Shown: positions 12,960 through 26,665 of the stretch, in pieces
Numbering within the stretch: position 1 is the first letter of the stretch
Layout of the letters: each line of letters opens with the position of its first letter
NCBI GenBank assembly: GCA_010909165.1
Contig: MU008158.1
Coordinates: forward strand, 3,614,809-3,678,808
Source: Anthoceros angustus
Lineage: Eukaryota > Plantae > Anthocerotophyta
Reading direction: 5' to 3'
DNA: 64,000 nt
Program-made: the position numbers and the translations under genes
Notes under the pieces: model-generated
The model's database searches: none
What the model saw: only the letters and a program-made list of their open reading frames with translations
What the model was told of the DNA's origin: nothing

Positions 12960-15430
12960 AAGTTGGAGCTTCTCCTTCTAGGAGCTTGTCGCGCAATGGC
13001 CGCATAAATGCTTGGCGTCACCTGCACTCCTCTGCGGCAAACGTCCTTGGCCTTTGGCGGAAGGACCAAGTTCTTCCTTGGCCTTTGGCCAAAAGGGCGA
13101 CAAAGTTCTGGCCTTAGCCAAGGAACAAGGCAAGGAGGCATAAATAGCCTCCGACCGCGACAACAAATGGTGAAAACCCACAGCTTTCCACATCAATCGG
13201 CCACAATCCGATGGCTGCCGAGAACCAAACCATCCCTTTGCGGGCGCTCTGCGGTGTGAGGAGGTGGAGGATGCATCACTCTCCAAATCCTCATCATCCG
13301 ATTCTTCAGGTTCGGGCTTGATTTCGGGCTTGACTCAAGAGCGGATCTCAAAATGGACTCTGCGGCCGATCCTCTGGATAATCAAAAGCGGGTTTGGGGC
13401 GGTGGATGTGCGTGTGATTACGCGCGACGAAAATGCCTTCTGTCCATTGAATCCCATTGTTTGCTCAATGTAGGGAATCTTCAACTTGCGTGACACGATA
13501 AAATTGCCTAGGCCATCCAACAATGTGGCTCTTGAGGTGATGGAAGAGCGGCCGATCTTTCGGATAGACTAACCTCTCTGGCACCTGTCTTCCCACATGA
13601 TCAATTCCTTGGGCAACCTCAAACCATCAAACGTTTGATGCATGAAAGTGGTGCTGGATTTTTGCGCCATGCTCCTTCACGATCTGTCCATGTCCAAGAC
13701 ATGGCACGGAGTCTCTCTGCGCAAACATCACGGTGATGCACGGGTGAATTCCACCGACACACGCTCATGGTGCGTCTCCACATACAAGAACTCAAGCTCC
13801 TTAAAATTCCTTTGGAGGAATACCTCTCTGATATGCCGCTGTGAATAGATCCCATTTGCGACACCCTGTTGTTGATCGCGAGCGCAGCGTTTGAGAGTCT
13901 TTGCACCAAGTTGCCACACTTGCACACTTTTGGTGGCACTACCTCAAAGACAACTACGGTGTGCACGATCTGCTCATTGCTCTTGTGTGCAGACAACCGT
14001 CCTCTGCTCCCGAGCCCCTTGTCCTAGTAATGCTCCTTCTCACGTTGTGGCGTTGCATCACGGGCCGGAGGTGCTCACAATGCTAGGTTACGAGCATCTT
14101 CCTTAGCTCGCTTTTGTGCCTCCTCCCACGCTCGAAACTTCTTTGGTGAGCCTCCATCTCCTCTTCACGGCCTTTGCTTTGGCCTCAAGGACAAGTTCTT
14201 TCCTGGCCTTGGCCAAGAAAGTTCTGGCCCAGCCAAGGAACAAGGCAAAGGAGGCATAAATAGCCTCCGACCGCGATCACGGAACTGGGGTGAAAACCCA
14301 GCTTTCCACATCAAACTCACCACAATCCGAGTCGAAACACTACTTACCGTAATCCAAACCATCCTTTCTCGCAGACGCCTGTGTGAGACGAGGTGGAGGA
14401 TCCGCATCACTCCAAATCCTCATCCGATTCTTCAAGTTCGGGCTTGATTTCTTCAGCTTGACTCCAAGAGCAAGAATCACGTCAAAATGGACGCCGCAGC
14501 CTCCTGCTCGGATAATCAAAAACCGTTGGGAGCGGTGGATGACCATGTGGTTCTCACTATGCAGAAAGAACCGAAATGCCTTCCCCGTCCACAATCCCAT
14601 TCTCGTCTTCAATGGAATTTTCAACTGTCTCGACACGATAAAATTGCCCAGCCATCCGACAACCGTGGTGGCCTGCCTTGGTGATGGAAGAACAAGGCCG
14701 CCTTCTTATAGACTAACCTCTCGCACCGCCCTCCCACATGATCAATTCGGGCAACCTCAAACCACAAACGTTTGATGCAAAAGAAGTGGTGCTGGATTTT
14801 TCGCCATGCACCCTCACGAGGGTGTCCATGTCTGTGACATGGCTCGAGTCCTCTCGTAGCTCAAACAGTCACGGTCCGTGGGTAGAATTCCACCACATGG
14901 TGCGCCTCCACATACAAGTGAACTCACCGAGCTCCTTAAAATTCACTGGAGGAATACCTCTGCCGATATGCCCACGAAGGATAGATCCCATTTGCCGACA
15001 CCCTCGTTGTTCGTAGTCGCAGCACGCTTGAGGAGGCTGCACCAAGTTGCCACACTTGCACACTTTGGTGGCACTACCTCAAGAACAAAGCAACTCGATG
15101 ACTGCACTGGCGCCGCCATGCCGCCTTGTGTGTCTCAGGAGCAAACCGTCCTCGCCTCGAGCCCCTTGTCCTAGAGGCACCGCCCTTCTCACGTGGCGCT
15201 GCGTCACTTGACCACGGAGGTGCCCTGCACTAGGTTCCAAGCATCTTCCTTAGCTGCCAGGCCTCTCACACCACGAACTTTGGTGAGCCTCCATCTCCTC
15301 TTCACTTGGCCTTTGCTGGCCTCCCTCTCGGGCGCTTGGGTGACTGACCAATTCCAAGACACCCTCGCTAATGGGCGCTAGGGCTTGTGTAGTCTGCCTC
15401 CGCCTGCGCATATGGTCTGCAACTCGATCC
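12960..15430 (-). repeat. Degenerate unknown ORF (ORF-W) containing a noisy tandem duplication of ~1.12 kb (~13060-14175 and ~14170-15320)
   Basis: TAAATAGCCTCCGACCGCGA occurs at 13141 and 14257. VCKCGNLVQ is encoded in both copies (ORFs 13619-13996 and 14869-15063). The copies differ by many indels. Confidence 0.75.
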
Positions 15431-15849
15431 ATCCAACTTGAACCAACTGCCTCGTAAGAAAGCGAACACTCTGTGATCGAGCCCACCGAGGAAGACTCCT
15501 CCAATGCGGCAAAATCAAGCGGCTGCCACCGCACTATCTTCTTCCACATCCTGGTCTACCACAAACTTTCAGAGGAATCAGCTTGTCAACTGAGTGATTC
15601 CCAGAGGAGCACTCAAAATAGCAAAGACCCTAAACCGCCTTGTTGGAACTTCCAGCCTTGGCAGAAGGAAATCACACAAGATCCGCTCCGCATTTAACTT
15701 TCCTCTCCAATTTACTCGCTCATTCCCGCCTCCCCTCTTGTACCCATTTCAACACGCCAGCCGTTGAGTGCTCCCAACTCCTCGTACAAAACGTACTTCT
15801 CCTTCATTACTCTCGGTAGATAGAGCCATGGTGCATGCAAACTTGTTGA

Positions 15850-15975
15850 ATCACGTGTCATAGCCAATTCCCTTCTGAATATCCTTTAATGCGTGTGTGA
15901 GAGAAAATATGATAGCCTCGCACTCACATAAGAGCATAAGCTCTTCATCCGTGGTGTGCCCGCATGCCTCACAGC
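15850..15975 (-). other. PHD-finger-like domain at the integrase C-terminus
   Basis: With 2-3 small indel corrections it reads CEACGHTTDEELMLLCE.C..GYHIF.....EGNWL(C)DT(C), matching the C4-H-C3 PHD pattern and the PxGxW signature. Confidence 0.7.
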
Positions 15976-18900
15976 AAATCCAGGTGGTACCCACGTTTGG
16001 GGAACAATTCTTGCATCAAGATTTGGCAAATGACATGGAGCTAAATGTTTCATGTGCTCCTTGCACCTTCTCGCCATCCGTCCTTGAGTTCCACTACTCC
16101 TTGCACCACATTTACCACCAGAATCACCGGTCTTGACATCTAATGTGCTTGCTGGTCTGTGTTGTAGGTACACATAATCTCCTGGTGCGAATTTCCTGGC
16201 CTTGGGCTTCCATGAGCCCCCCCGCGTGTGAGCATATCTCAACTGGTCTCTGTGCTGTGCAATCGCAAGATTGTCCATAGCCATGGGCAGAATCCTTCGG
16301 AACATTTCTGCTCTAGCTTGCACTTGCTGTAAGCACACCTCCATATTCCTACTCCAATCTACAGGAGTAGAATATTTGTCTTGCACCACATTGGGCAAAA
16401 CTGCATTCCTTCCGAACAACAGTAATAGAAAGCTTCCAATCGCACACTCACTCTATAACCCAACACAATATAGGAAGTAATTCATCCCAAGACTTGGGTT
16501 CCAGTGATGCAAGTACTTCACGAGGCGTCCTTGAATGTCGAACCAACCTTTCCGCCACCATCGCCTTGAGGATGATCCTACGCCTCCCGTGATCAATCGA
16601 TCCCGAACGCCCTGAATTCTCCTCTGAATTCATTGCCTTGATCTGAGCACCTCACAACTTCCAAATTGCTTAGTACACACCGCAAAGGCTCTGGTGTAAT
16701 ATGAGGTTCTTTGAGGCGAAATGCTACCTCCACCCACTTGGAGAAGTGCTCAATCATCACCATCTGACGATTTCCTTGCTTTGTCAATGGTAGTTCCGGC
16801 ATCAAGTCCACCGACCACGAAAAACAAACCCGGATTGGTAAAGAGTAACACAACATCTTGTGTGTTAAACAGCCTTCATCGCATCACACGTACTAGCCAC
16901 CACTCTTTCCACATCGCATACATGCAAAAATATGTGGTCTTGATGTGGTGTGTCCTTTTACACCAAAGTGACCTAGTGTTTCATGCACTTTAATCACAAT
17001 CCTGTTCTTTCTTGAGGACTTGGCACCTTCTTTACAACCTCTTCCTTCAGTAGCGAACTCTCCATCCGCCATGAGTATCGCCACTCGCCTCGTGCCCCAC
17101 TGCATCGACATTAGGTGTACCTTCTTTGAGCAACAACGCTTGTGAATGCCTCGATGTCACAGATCATAAGATCCGGCTCTCCTCCTGTTCACCTTCGATC
17201 GCCATGAGTGCCATGAAACTGCTGGGCACATTTTCCATGTGTCCTAGGTCTGCGTGCTCCAGGGCATCCCGATTTCGCAGTGGATTCCTACTCAAACCAT
17301 CTGCATTGTGGTGCACCTTGCCTGCTCTATGCACGATTTCCATGTCATATTCGACAGACAATGCCCACCGGCCGGTTCCGCTCAACTTCATGTGGTCATG
17401 AGCCAATGAAGTGGTTGATGATCCGTCACCTGGAAACGCCTTCCAACAGAGAATTAAATGCAACATCGCCTGCATCGCACAAGACACTCTCCTTCATATG
17501 AGGAGTTTACCTCTGTAATTGTTGGATCTGCTTGCATAAGCCACAACTCGCTCCATTCCTTCGCTCCCGATCGCCTCCTATCCTCGAATACTCCAATCCG
17601 TATACGTAACAAACGGCTTCTCAAAGTCCGTCTAACCAAGATGGGCTTCTCACCAATTGATCCCTTAGATCTTGCGGCTAGCTCTTCTTGATCCCATTTC
17701 CAAGTTACCTCCTTCTTGATCTCATACAAGGGTTTGCATGTGGGAGGTCTTTCATAAACCTCGTAGTAGTTCACCAACCCCAATGCTCTAAGCCACATCC
17801 TTGGGCCTAGGCATCGCATCACGGCTGCACCTTAGCCAATCTGCGGCATGATTCCTCCGCACAATTTCATGTCCAAGATACTCAATCCGCTTGAATGCAA
17901 ATTTGCACTTTTCGGATGAGCTTTCAAGCTGATTTGGACAATCTTTGCAGAGAGTCTGATGATCCATATGTTCCTCGATGGTGTCACTAAAAACTAGGAT
18001 GTCGTCAATGTAACAACGCACAAACGGCAGATCCTGCAACTCCAAGTCTGCAATTCTCTGGAAATATATGGAAGCATTTTTCAGCCCGAAGGGCATAGTC
18101 TCCCATTCCCAAAGTTGATCCTTTCCCCAGAAAGCCGTTTTGCTCTTGTCCTGCTCCTCAATCACTATCTGATTGAAACCTGAGCGGAAATCCAAAGTGG
18201 TAAAGTATTTCGCCTTACCAATTGCATCAAAAATCTCATCTGGAGTAGGCATGGGATACCGCTCCATCAGCGTTACCTCGTTGAGAGGTCGATAGTCCCC
18301 ACACATTCGCCTATCTTTCCACTCGCCATTTTCGTCCTTCTTGGTGGGAGACGGTGACATATTCGAGCTTGATTTCCGAATCAATCCTGCTTCAAACAGC
18401 TCCTGACAACGCTTGTCCACAATTTCCCACTCTGCTGGGCTCAACCTATGCCTTCTTCTGAAGATAGGCTCAGAGCTAGTGGTAACAATCTTGAACTTGA
18501 TCTTTTCGTACCTTCCTAGCTCATTCCAGCTGAACGCAAAAGCACCTCTGTTTTTCTCGAGCATGTCGATGATCTTTTGTTTGTCCTCTGACACGCCTTC
18601 ATCAATCTTCCACATGAACCTCCTTGGTGACACTCTTGGTTACAAACTCTTTCCACAGCAGCCATGCCAAACATGTCTTGGGTTCTTCCCTTTCATCCTC
18701 TCCGGCTTTCCATCTTAGCTGCAGTGATGGCTTTTTCCTTCACCTCCTCGCAACCCAAATGCCAATCCGACTCACTAACCACCTTGTCAGATAGATCGAA
18801 TGCCCTGTCCGAACTTGTGTTTGACGCCTCACTCACACCCATGGTCTGCGTACTTCTTGGCAAATCCCATGGCTTGTTCGCGTTCCTCAACATTGAGCTC

Positions 18901-21900
18901 TCCTAGCTCCTCTCCCTTGAGTCGGGATCATGCCATCTCCTCCTCCAATGCGTAGGATTGTGGCGTGTTTACCAAAGTCGGCCACGCCCGGCTTCACCAA
19001 CTCGCTCATTGGATAAAACGGAAGTTTGTCCATCTTCTTGACTTGCTGCGAGTACCTTTCTGGTTCCATGATTTCACTCACAGTCTTCCGTGATGGAACC
19101 ATGAGTGTTCATGTTGCCTCGGTCTCAAGTCAAGCGTTGGTCCGAGGCTGCGAATCACGGTGCGTAAGAGCCACACCGCACGCATCAATGACCAGCTCAT
19201 TGCGAACCATGATCGGACCTCCTTATACATCGCTCGTGGACGCTTGTCCAACGCTCCACACACGTTTTCCGATGTACCAAAGATCCGGGATTCACAAGTT
19301 GAACCTCTGACAACCACGCGACCTCGGAAGGGAAACACCTTCGCCTTCCTCTTCCCCGCCATCGAGAAGGTCTTACATTCCCATCTGCGATGATCATATC
19401 CTTGACAGAGCTTGCACCGCCTTCCCACAAGCTTCAGATCCGGCGCGCTCGACAACCTCTCATCGCTCTCTTAAGAGATGGAAAATTTGCACAACCCGAA
19501 ATTCGATTTCGCCACGACTCTAGCCTTCTCGTCCTTTTCCACAGTGTGTAGCGCAAACCTTGATGCCACATTGAAGCACCGCCTCAATCCGCCGATTCTC
19601 GAGCACAATTCCAACAAGTGAATTCCTTGAACTTGCTCTCCATCGCACTACCGAATCATTGATTCGCCTTCCCTCCGTCTTGGCGGGCTTCATGTTTGGT
19701 ATGGATCTCTCGGACATGTGTGAGATTCCAGGCGATTCTCCTTTCGGTGATTTTCTCGAACCCTTGCCTCCTCAAGGTGCTCGAGCGATCTTCAGACCTT
19801 TCCGCTCTGCGGGTTTGTTTCGAGAGGACAATTCCTCTGTCCTTCCCACTCTCGTCGTGCTCAATTTGAGCCCGGAAGCCATCTCAGCTCCGACCATCTC
19901 GCCGCGGCTTGGCCTCATCTCCTATCGCTCCTTCGCCACTTTTGCTCATGTTCAAGGAATAGTTGCAATTAAAAACTTTGCTTCCAGGTCGATAGAAGGC
20001 TTCTTCACGATGGATCAACTCCCATGGCAGGCCATGTGTAGCATCCGCTCCTAACACATCGTCGAGTACGTGTCACCAAACACCGAACCTCCATTGTGGT
20101 CGCATCCTCTCAGGCTGGCTTCAACTCGATCTTGATCGGTTTCTGGTCATCCCCATCACCATTTCCTTCGTTCCTCGCGAAGTAGTGATGCTTACATCGC
20201 TTGGCACCAGCTTGCTGCCATATAGCTTGAGAGCGACTGAAGCTCCCAACAATCTTGGATTCGCTCCGGTGTCCACCGACATTGACTGGTGCAAATCCGT
20301 CAAAGGTAATTTCCCGGTTTATGTTGTCAATCATGGCAACACCTCCTTTACCCGACGTTCGGGCTTTAGATGGTCTCCTCGCACATCACGAACCGGACTT
20401 CTTGCTTCTATCTCTTTCCGATCCATTCCTCATGATCTTCTTGAAATGTGAACTCTGAGTCCAAGTTCAAAGAATTGACCATGTGAACCTCCATGGCCTT
20501 CTCCAACGGCTTCTACATCCACCTCGGGTTAGAAGCCACATAATAGTACCATCATCCACTTGCCTAAAACTTTCGGGCATTTTGCTTTGCTCGTCGACGT
20601 GTCCTTGGCGAACCCCTTCTCCAGATCAAGTGCGGTCTTCTTCTTCTTGCGAATCGCCATGCCATACACTTCTTCATCCGAGTCGAGAAAAGAATGCGTG
20701 ACTGACCGCCGGCCATGTTAGCCATCCGCGCATCTCTTCAACTTGCGCAAGAAGAGCCTTGCGACTAGGGCCTTTGCCCTTCTCCTTTTCACGCCCATTA
20801 CCTTGGGCTTGAGCTGGATGAGCCTCCCAACATGCGGCTTCTATGTGGCCCCATCGACCACAAGCCTTGCAAACCTCCTTGCCCTTGGGCCTCGTCTGAA
20901 GTCACATTCAAATGACTTGTGTGCACCGGCACCTACATTTGATGGTAGCGACTGCGTTGTTCGGTCTCTCCTTAATCGGTGATTGTTGGTGACGAGGATG
21001 ACCAAATCACCGACCCTTATGCGAATCTGGATCCTCCTTGTCGAGTAAGAAGTGCCGCTCGATCAAATTGTGATCCTCCGGTATGCTTGGTGACATCCCC
21101 TTTAGCACCTTCTCCGCAATCTTGTAGGCGTCGGTCAAACCATACTTTTCTCCATGAGCACCATGAAGAGCATCCATTACCTTCCTTTTGCTGGCATCGC
21201 AGCCATGAAAATTTCAGCAGCCTCCGCATGGTCTTCACATCCGTGTCCTCCACCAAGATCTTGATCGATGTATGACGCCTCGGCTCATTGGACTTGAAGC
21301 TAAAACGAGTCCCCGATCTTCTCCAAGGACGATGTTGGAAACATGTCCTTCAATCTTTCAAACATGAGATCAACCAAATGCTCTAGCTCGTCTTCCTTGG
21401 AGAGGGAGTGGCTTGCCACGGCAACTCCTGCAAGTTACTGCTCGTTTCTCCGCCGATGCCAAGATGTCCTTCTTCTCGTCTCTGTAGTACATCAACGCCT
21501 CACCTGCCAGATATTCTGACATCTTCATGAGTGCCATTCTCTGGGTGAACTGATCCTTGTACTTCATCTTGTTTTCTGCCATTCCCCAGAGGAACTTCTC
21601 TTCAAAATCCATGATGACATGCTCCCATGTTTTCCGGTGAAAACATCATTCTTGCCGGGCGTACTCTCAGCTCCATTTGAATCGGCTCTTCGCTCCACTC
21701 AAGCGAGATCGGGCGTGTTGTCTCTTGGTGTCAGCGTCCTTTTGAAAGGTGATCCGTGGATCTTGTCCCTTTCTAGGCGATCGAGCAGTGTCCCTCGTTA
21801 CTCCGAGACCTCAAAAATACCATCGATCAATCCGCTTGACAATCGAGGAATGTTGTCAAGCGGCAATCGCCTAACCGCCCAACTAGCTAAGAAAACAGCA

Positions 21901-22230
21901 GTGTCTGTTTCTATCGAGACGCTCCACACATATGCAGGACTGTCCGGTGAGCCTAGCCAACTCGCAATGGTCGACTACTACAACGGTGAAATCGATGGTA
22001 GAATTCCTATCCATCGAAGTCATTTTATCCGGTGGAGCCTCGTTCTTGGCTCGCCATGGATGTAGTCGCTCCTGGGCCGGAAGATGATCGATTTCGCCTC
22101 CGGTCTCGGCCACAATGTCCTCCAATGCCTGCCGTCTCGTTCTAAGCAAGTAAGGGGGATTGTAGATGTGGTGAGATCAAGTTGGTTGAGGCTCCCACTT
22201 GATGCGGTTCCCAAAAGTCACAAGAGAGAA
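15850..22230 (-). mobile_element. Ty3/gypsy gag-pol (gag, CCHC knuckle, RT, RNase H, integrase, C-terminal PHD-like finger); frameshifted; LTRs not identified
   Basis: gag-like WEHVIMDFEEKF (~21600); knuckle CKLCQGYDHRRWEC (~19380-19420); RT 17788-18633 (RMCGDYRPLN, MPFGLKNA, YIDD); RNase H ~17150-17700 (HRAGKVHHNADGLSR); integrase (MIEHFSKWVE, SDQGNEF, NLAIAQHRDQLRYA, PGDYVY). RT-RH-INT order indicates gypsy. Confidence 0.92.
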
Positions 22231-22973
22231 ATGAGACAAGTTGTAGGGACAAGTATGGCGCCTTTCCATTCGGACAAACATCTACAATCCAAGAATCCAT
22301 GGTGGCGCCCACATATATAGGCAAAACCCGGAGTTCTCGATGAAGTGCCTCCTCGTTCTCGATGGTAGGCACTTTAGGTATATTATAATCCTACTTTCCT
22401 TGGCCTTGAATAAATAATAATGTTTATGAGTTCAACCATCTATTCGCCTTTTCCTTGATTTACGATTTTTATGTGTTTTCAATATAGTTCCGATGCCTAT
22501 ATATGCATGCCACCGCTACATACATAACCATGTATATAGATTGCATGTGTCATGACACATCGTCTTAACATGTCCACATACATCACATGTCATCCATCCG
22601 TCATGCATACATACCATGTGCATGCCATCCATGGGCGATGCACATGCCATCACATGCACTTCTGCATCCAAATCAAGTGGCTTATGCCAAATGGGATGCC
22701 AACCGCCTCGGAGCCGTGGTTTCACTGCCTGGCCTCCACAACATAAGATGACAAGCTCAAAAATCTCCACCGCAATTTCTCCTATATATCCCTCTTGATA
22801 CAAGCCAAGCCCTGGCTTGGAGAATTGCTGCTTCACCCAGCTCATGCAAGATCTCCCTTGCACTAGGAAATTCCCTTTGTGTCCCTAGAAATTCCTAAAC
22901 CCTTATGCCACCTTAGCTAGCCTTGCTACCTGCTTCCCTTGCTGGTGTGTGCTCATAAATCAACACCCTTCTC

Positions 22974-23134
22974 TGGAGAAAACGAGCGGAGGCAAAGGAA
23001 TAGCAGAAGCATAAAACAGAATAATAAAATGAGAATACAAAATTGTTTAAATACTTTCTACGTGACTGTTCATATAGCAACCCTAGATAGCTTAACCTGT
23101 GTGTTAGGTTTAACTAAATCACTTATTCTTAACA
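22974..23134 (-). repeat. 3' LTR of element A
   Basis: 161 bp direct repeat of 42009-42169, preceded on the minus strand by the PPT. Confidence 0.95.
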
Positions 23135-26038
23135 CCCCCTCTTAAACTAATGTGGACTACGGACTTCCCTGGGGGGTTAGAAAATAGGTAGGGTTTTGTT
23201 TTTTTTGTAGGAGTGAAGGATAAAATGAGGCGAAAAAGGGGAAATAAGATGATAGCACTCCTGACAAGACGAGCATATACTCCGGACCGGAGTGAGGAAC
23301 GCATCTGACCTACTATGGTAGGCGCCACTTAAGGGCGGGTCCGGACCCACTCACCTGTGACCGTGGATAAGTACGCCAAGGAAAGTAACTCAGAGTTGAG
23401 CCGCGGAACGCGGACCAGCGACGCCACGGGCAACCCCGAGTGGAGAATCTGCATGCACCGGCCAGATCAGAATCCTGCCGTGAGGTCAAGTATAGTATTC
23501 ACGCCACATCGCGCTGCGAAGACCGAGCACACGCCATGAAGGCCGTGAGTAAGCGGAGGCGTAAGGTCGCTTGCCATGCACTGCGCTACTTGATGGAAGA
23601 GGCGCCCCGCCCAGGTTACTCCCAAGGAGCGGCCAAGGCTCACGCAGCCTCGAGACAATTTCGCGATCTCGCGCCCGCAACCGCCTCGCGGTATCTCGTG
23701 GGACACTCGACGCCCGCGGCTCACCGCTGAGGCCTGAGCCGAACGCGAAGAAGGCGAACGCTGGTCTCCAAGCGTGCCACAAAGAACCAAGGAAGGAGAA
23801 GGCGATGGCACCCAAAAAGCCTGCGGAAGTTTGGGAGCCATGGAACCTTGTGGAGCGCAACATTGTGACTCGGCGCTATCCGGACTTTGGGCCCTGGCTC
23901 CAGGAAGCAGGAGAATTGGTGCAGGAGTGGCATTTGGATGTGTTCCAGATGGTCTGGACGTTCGATAGTGTCACTCTGGTCCGGGAGTTCGCCCGGAAAA
24001 TGCTGGCGGCGGTCAATAAGGAGGTGCGGTCCAAGAACCTCCGGGAGGACCCAAGGCGATGGACCTTGGAGGTCCTGAGGGCGGCCTACAACCGCCCAAA
24101 GGAGGAAGAGGGGGAGTGGTGCCGGAGCCCCTCAAGGCGGAAGATAGGGCCAGCCACGGCGATCGGGGCCGGCGGACCACTGCGGTTGGGCGATATCCGA
24201 CTGTTAGACGATCGAGTAAGGGCGGTGGCGGATCATTGTCCATCGGAACCTACTCACCAAGGTGGATCACCTTGGTGATAACTGCTGGTATTCCCCGCAT
24301 GCGCTGGAAGAGGGCGACTGGGAAGGATTATTTTCGCCGCTTAGCCAGAGGCTCGCAAGCTCAGACCGAGAAGCCTCGCCATCTGGCCGCCCCCATACCC
24401 GATCCATGTATGGGGGTTTCGAACTCCTCAAGGAAGGAGAGCTTGAGAGAGCACTGAAGGATTGGAGGCCCCTGCGAAGTGGAGCTGCAAGGCGCCGAGG
24501 GAGGCCGATCGTCAAAGCCATCCGGAAGAGGGCCGGTAGGAGGATTTAGGACTCCCGTCGTGCGAACGGACCCCTCACCACCTGTGAAGTATGGGAAGAA
24601 ATTCCTTCCCTCCTCCGGTGCCCCAACCCAGGCGGCCTCAGCGAGGCGGCCCCACCCCAGCCGGCCAGCCAGCCACCACTGAGGAGCCCCAGACCGGGAG
24701 GGCCGAGACGCAAGACCACGGCACCAGCGCGGCACCTCGGCCTGCGGACCCCCACACCTTGCGGGCAAGAAGCGGAGAAGCAGTGGGAGGCGAGAAGGGC
24801 CTGCTGAGGAGGCCGGAGGACAACGCCCCGAGCCGGGTCCTTCAGCCGGGAAGGGGCAAAAAGGCTTGCTCCCGGACTCCCTCACCTCCTCCGAGCCCCA
24901 GGAGAAAAAGGGCGGAGAAGGAGCTCGCGGCCAAAAGGGCCAAGGAGGGTGAAGCTCCGGAGCTCAGCACTCAGGACCTAAGGGTCCTGATTAGGTCCGG
25001 AGAACCCAGTCCGGACTTACTCCGGACAGCGGTATGGAGGTCCTTGGCGGACCGTGAGATGCCGGCTCCCGCTACGGACTTTGTGGGAGCCTCACTGGCG
25101 TGGAAGAACACTGGCCAGTCCACAGCGTCATGGACGGTATGCTCTGGGGTCTCTGTGGGATGGCCGAAGACCCGAGGAGGTAGAAGCCACCGAGGCGCAT
25201 GGTACTCCTCCGGGAGGCAGTTGGAGGGGAGGAAGAAGGAAGGCCAAGCTCTCGGCCGGATTGAGGGAAACGCCGAGGTCGAGAGGAGGTCCGTCCATCC
25301 GGGACGGACCAAATTCCTTCACCGGAGGAGCGACTAATGTAATAGATGTGTTGGAGTCATGATTAGGGTTGTATTAATTGGGTTTAGTTAAAGCTATACA
25401 TGACCGCTCATTAGGGTTACGTCGCTTGAGAAAGCGTTATGTCTTTTCACATTTAGTTTAAGTTGTCTTTTCATGCATAAGCACTTTAACCCCTTTCTTG
25501 ATATACAATGTAATTACTTAATGATGTGATTTATTTCTACATAATCTATATAATATTGTTATGGTATCGAGCTTACTTTGTAGAATGCATCTAGGAAGAT
25601 GCGCATTGAAATTCTGCACTAGAAAATGTGCACGAATTTATCTTCTTTAGTCTTCCTATTTTGAAAATGAGTTCAAAAGAAAGAAACAAGAAGATTTTCA
25701 AGAAAATAGTTTCTGATATTTTCTTTTAGAAAAATCTAACACAAAATGCTGCTGAATCAGGCAGATTTTCTAATGCATTTCCATTAAATTGTCAGTTTAG
25801 ACAATTCCATGCAGATGCACTAGAACAACTGCCTAATAGGCAGATTAGTGTATATGATTTATATAAAAGGATCTCTATAATGCAGAAATTCTGCATTTTA
25901 GATATAACAATCCTGGCTCAAGGCCATGGCAAATTATATCTCTTGCTCCCGGAAAATCCTAGGGGAACAACAATCCTAGGCGTAATCGACAGTCATGTGA
26001 TTTACCCTTGCCAATCAATTACATGTGTGTGTCCAACA

Positions 26039-26567
26039 ATGGAGCCACTGTGGACTCAACCGGCAAACAGAGACAATCAAGGAGCATTCAACACACTACT
26101 TGAATTGCCCAATAACTCGACGACATTCACGGAGAGGAGCGTTGTACAAAATCAACCACTTCTGAAATTGTACACCAACTTCCTCACGATCGGCTGCACA
26201 ATCAACCAGGTAAACACAATTGTTCGGCGTCTTGAAACTAACAATAGGAATGTTGAAAATAGATTCAACCAAATTTGGTCATGTTTCGCACTAGTATCGA
26301 TTTGCGGATTTAAAAGAAGACTTGCATATAGATTACAAACTTGTAATGCTATTAAAACCCGAGTTGCTGTCTAACCCAGCATTCAGAGGTACTGCCTGCA
26401 AGCACGTAAGTAAAACAAATCGTGAAAGGAAGTTTGACTCACCAAATTCTTGCCCTTCATGTTCAACTTACGTCTATAACAAATATGAGATGAGAAGTGC
26501 TAGGATAGCAGCACGCAGAATTGCATGGGATCAAACCTTGCAACGTCAAAACCAACATGCACTGTAA
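26039..26567 (+). CDS. ORF-Y: unknown ORF between the PBS and gag of copia B (frameshift near 26370)
   Basis: In-frame ATG at 26039 within ORF 25880-26374 (MEPLWTQPANRD...VNTIVRRLETNNRNVENRFNQI). It lies in a 1.1 kb leader ahead of gag. Confidence 0.4.
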
Positions 26568-26665
26568 GTAATAATGAATGGAACGATCAGAAAGTGATCT
26601 AGACGATTTTGGAAACGCCTTCAATAAAGCAGTCGAATCACATAGAAGAGCTCTATACCCGTAAC

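Noticed and set aside
22360-22968. CATG-rich segment (continuing after 42175) as the 5' LTR of the PHD-gypsy
   Set aside because: It looks LTR-like, but no partner copy, PBS or TSD could be matched in the window.
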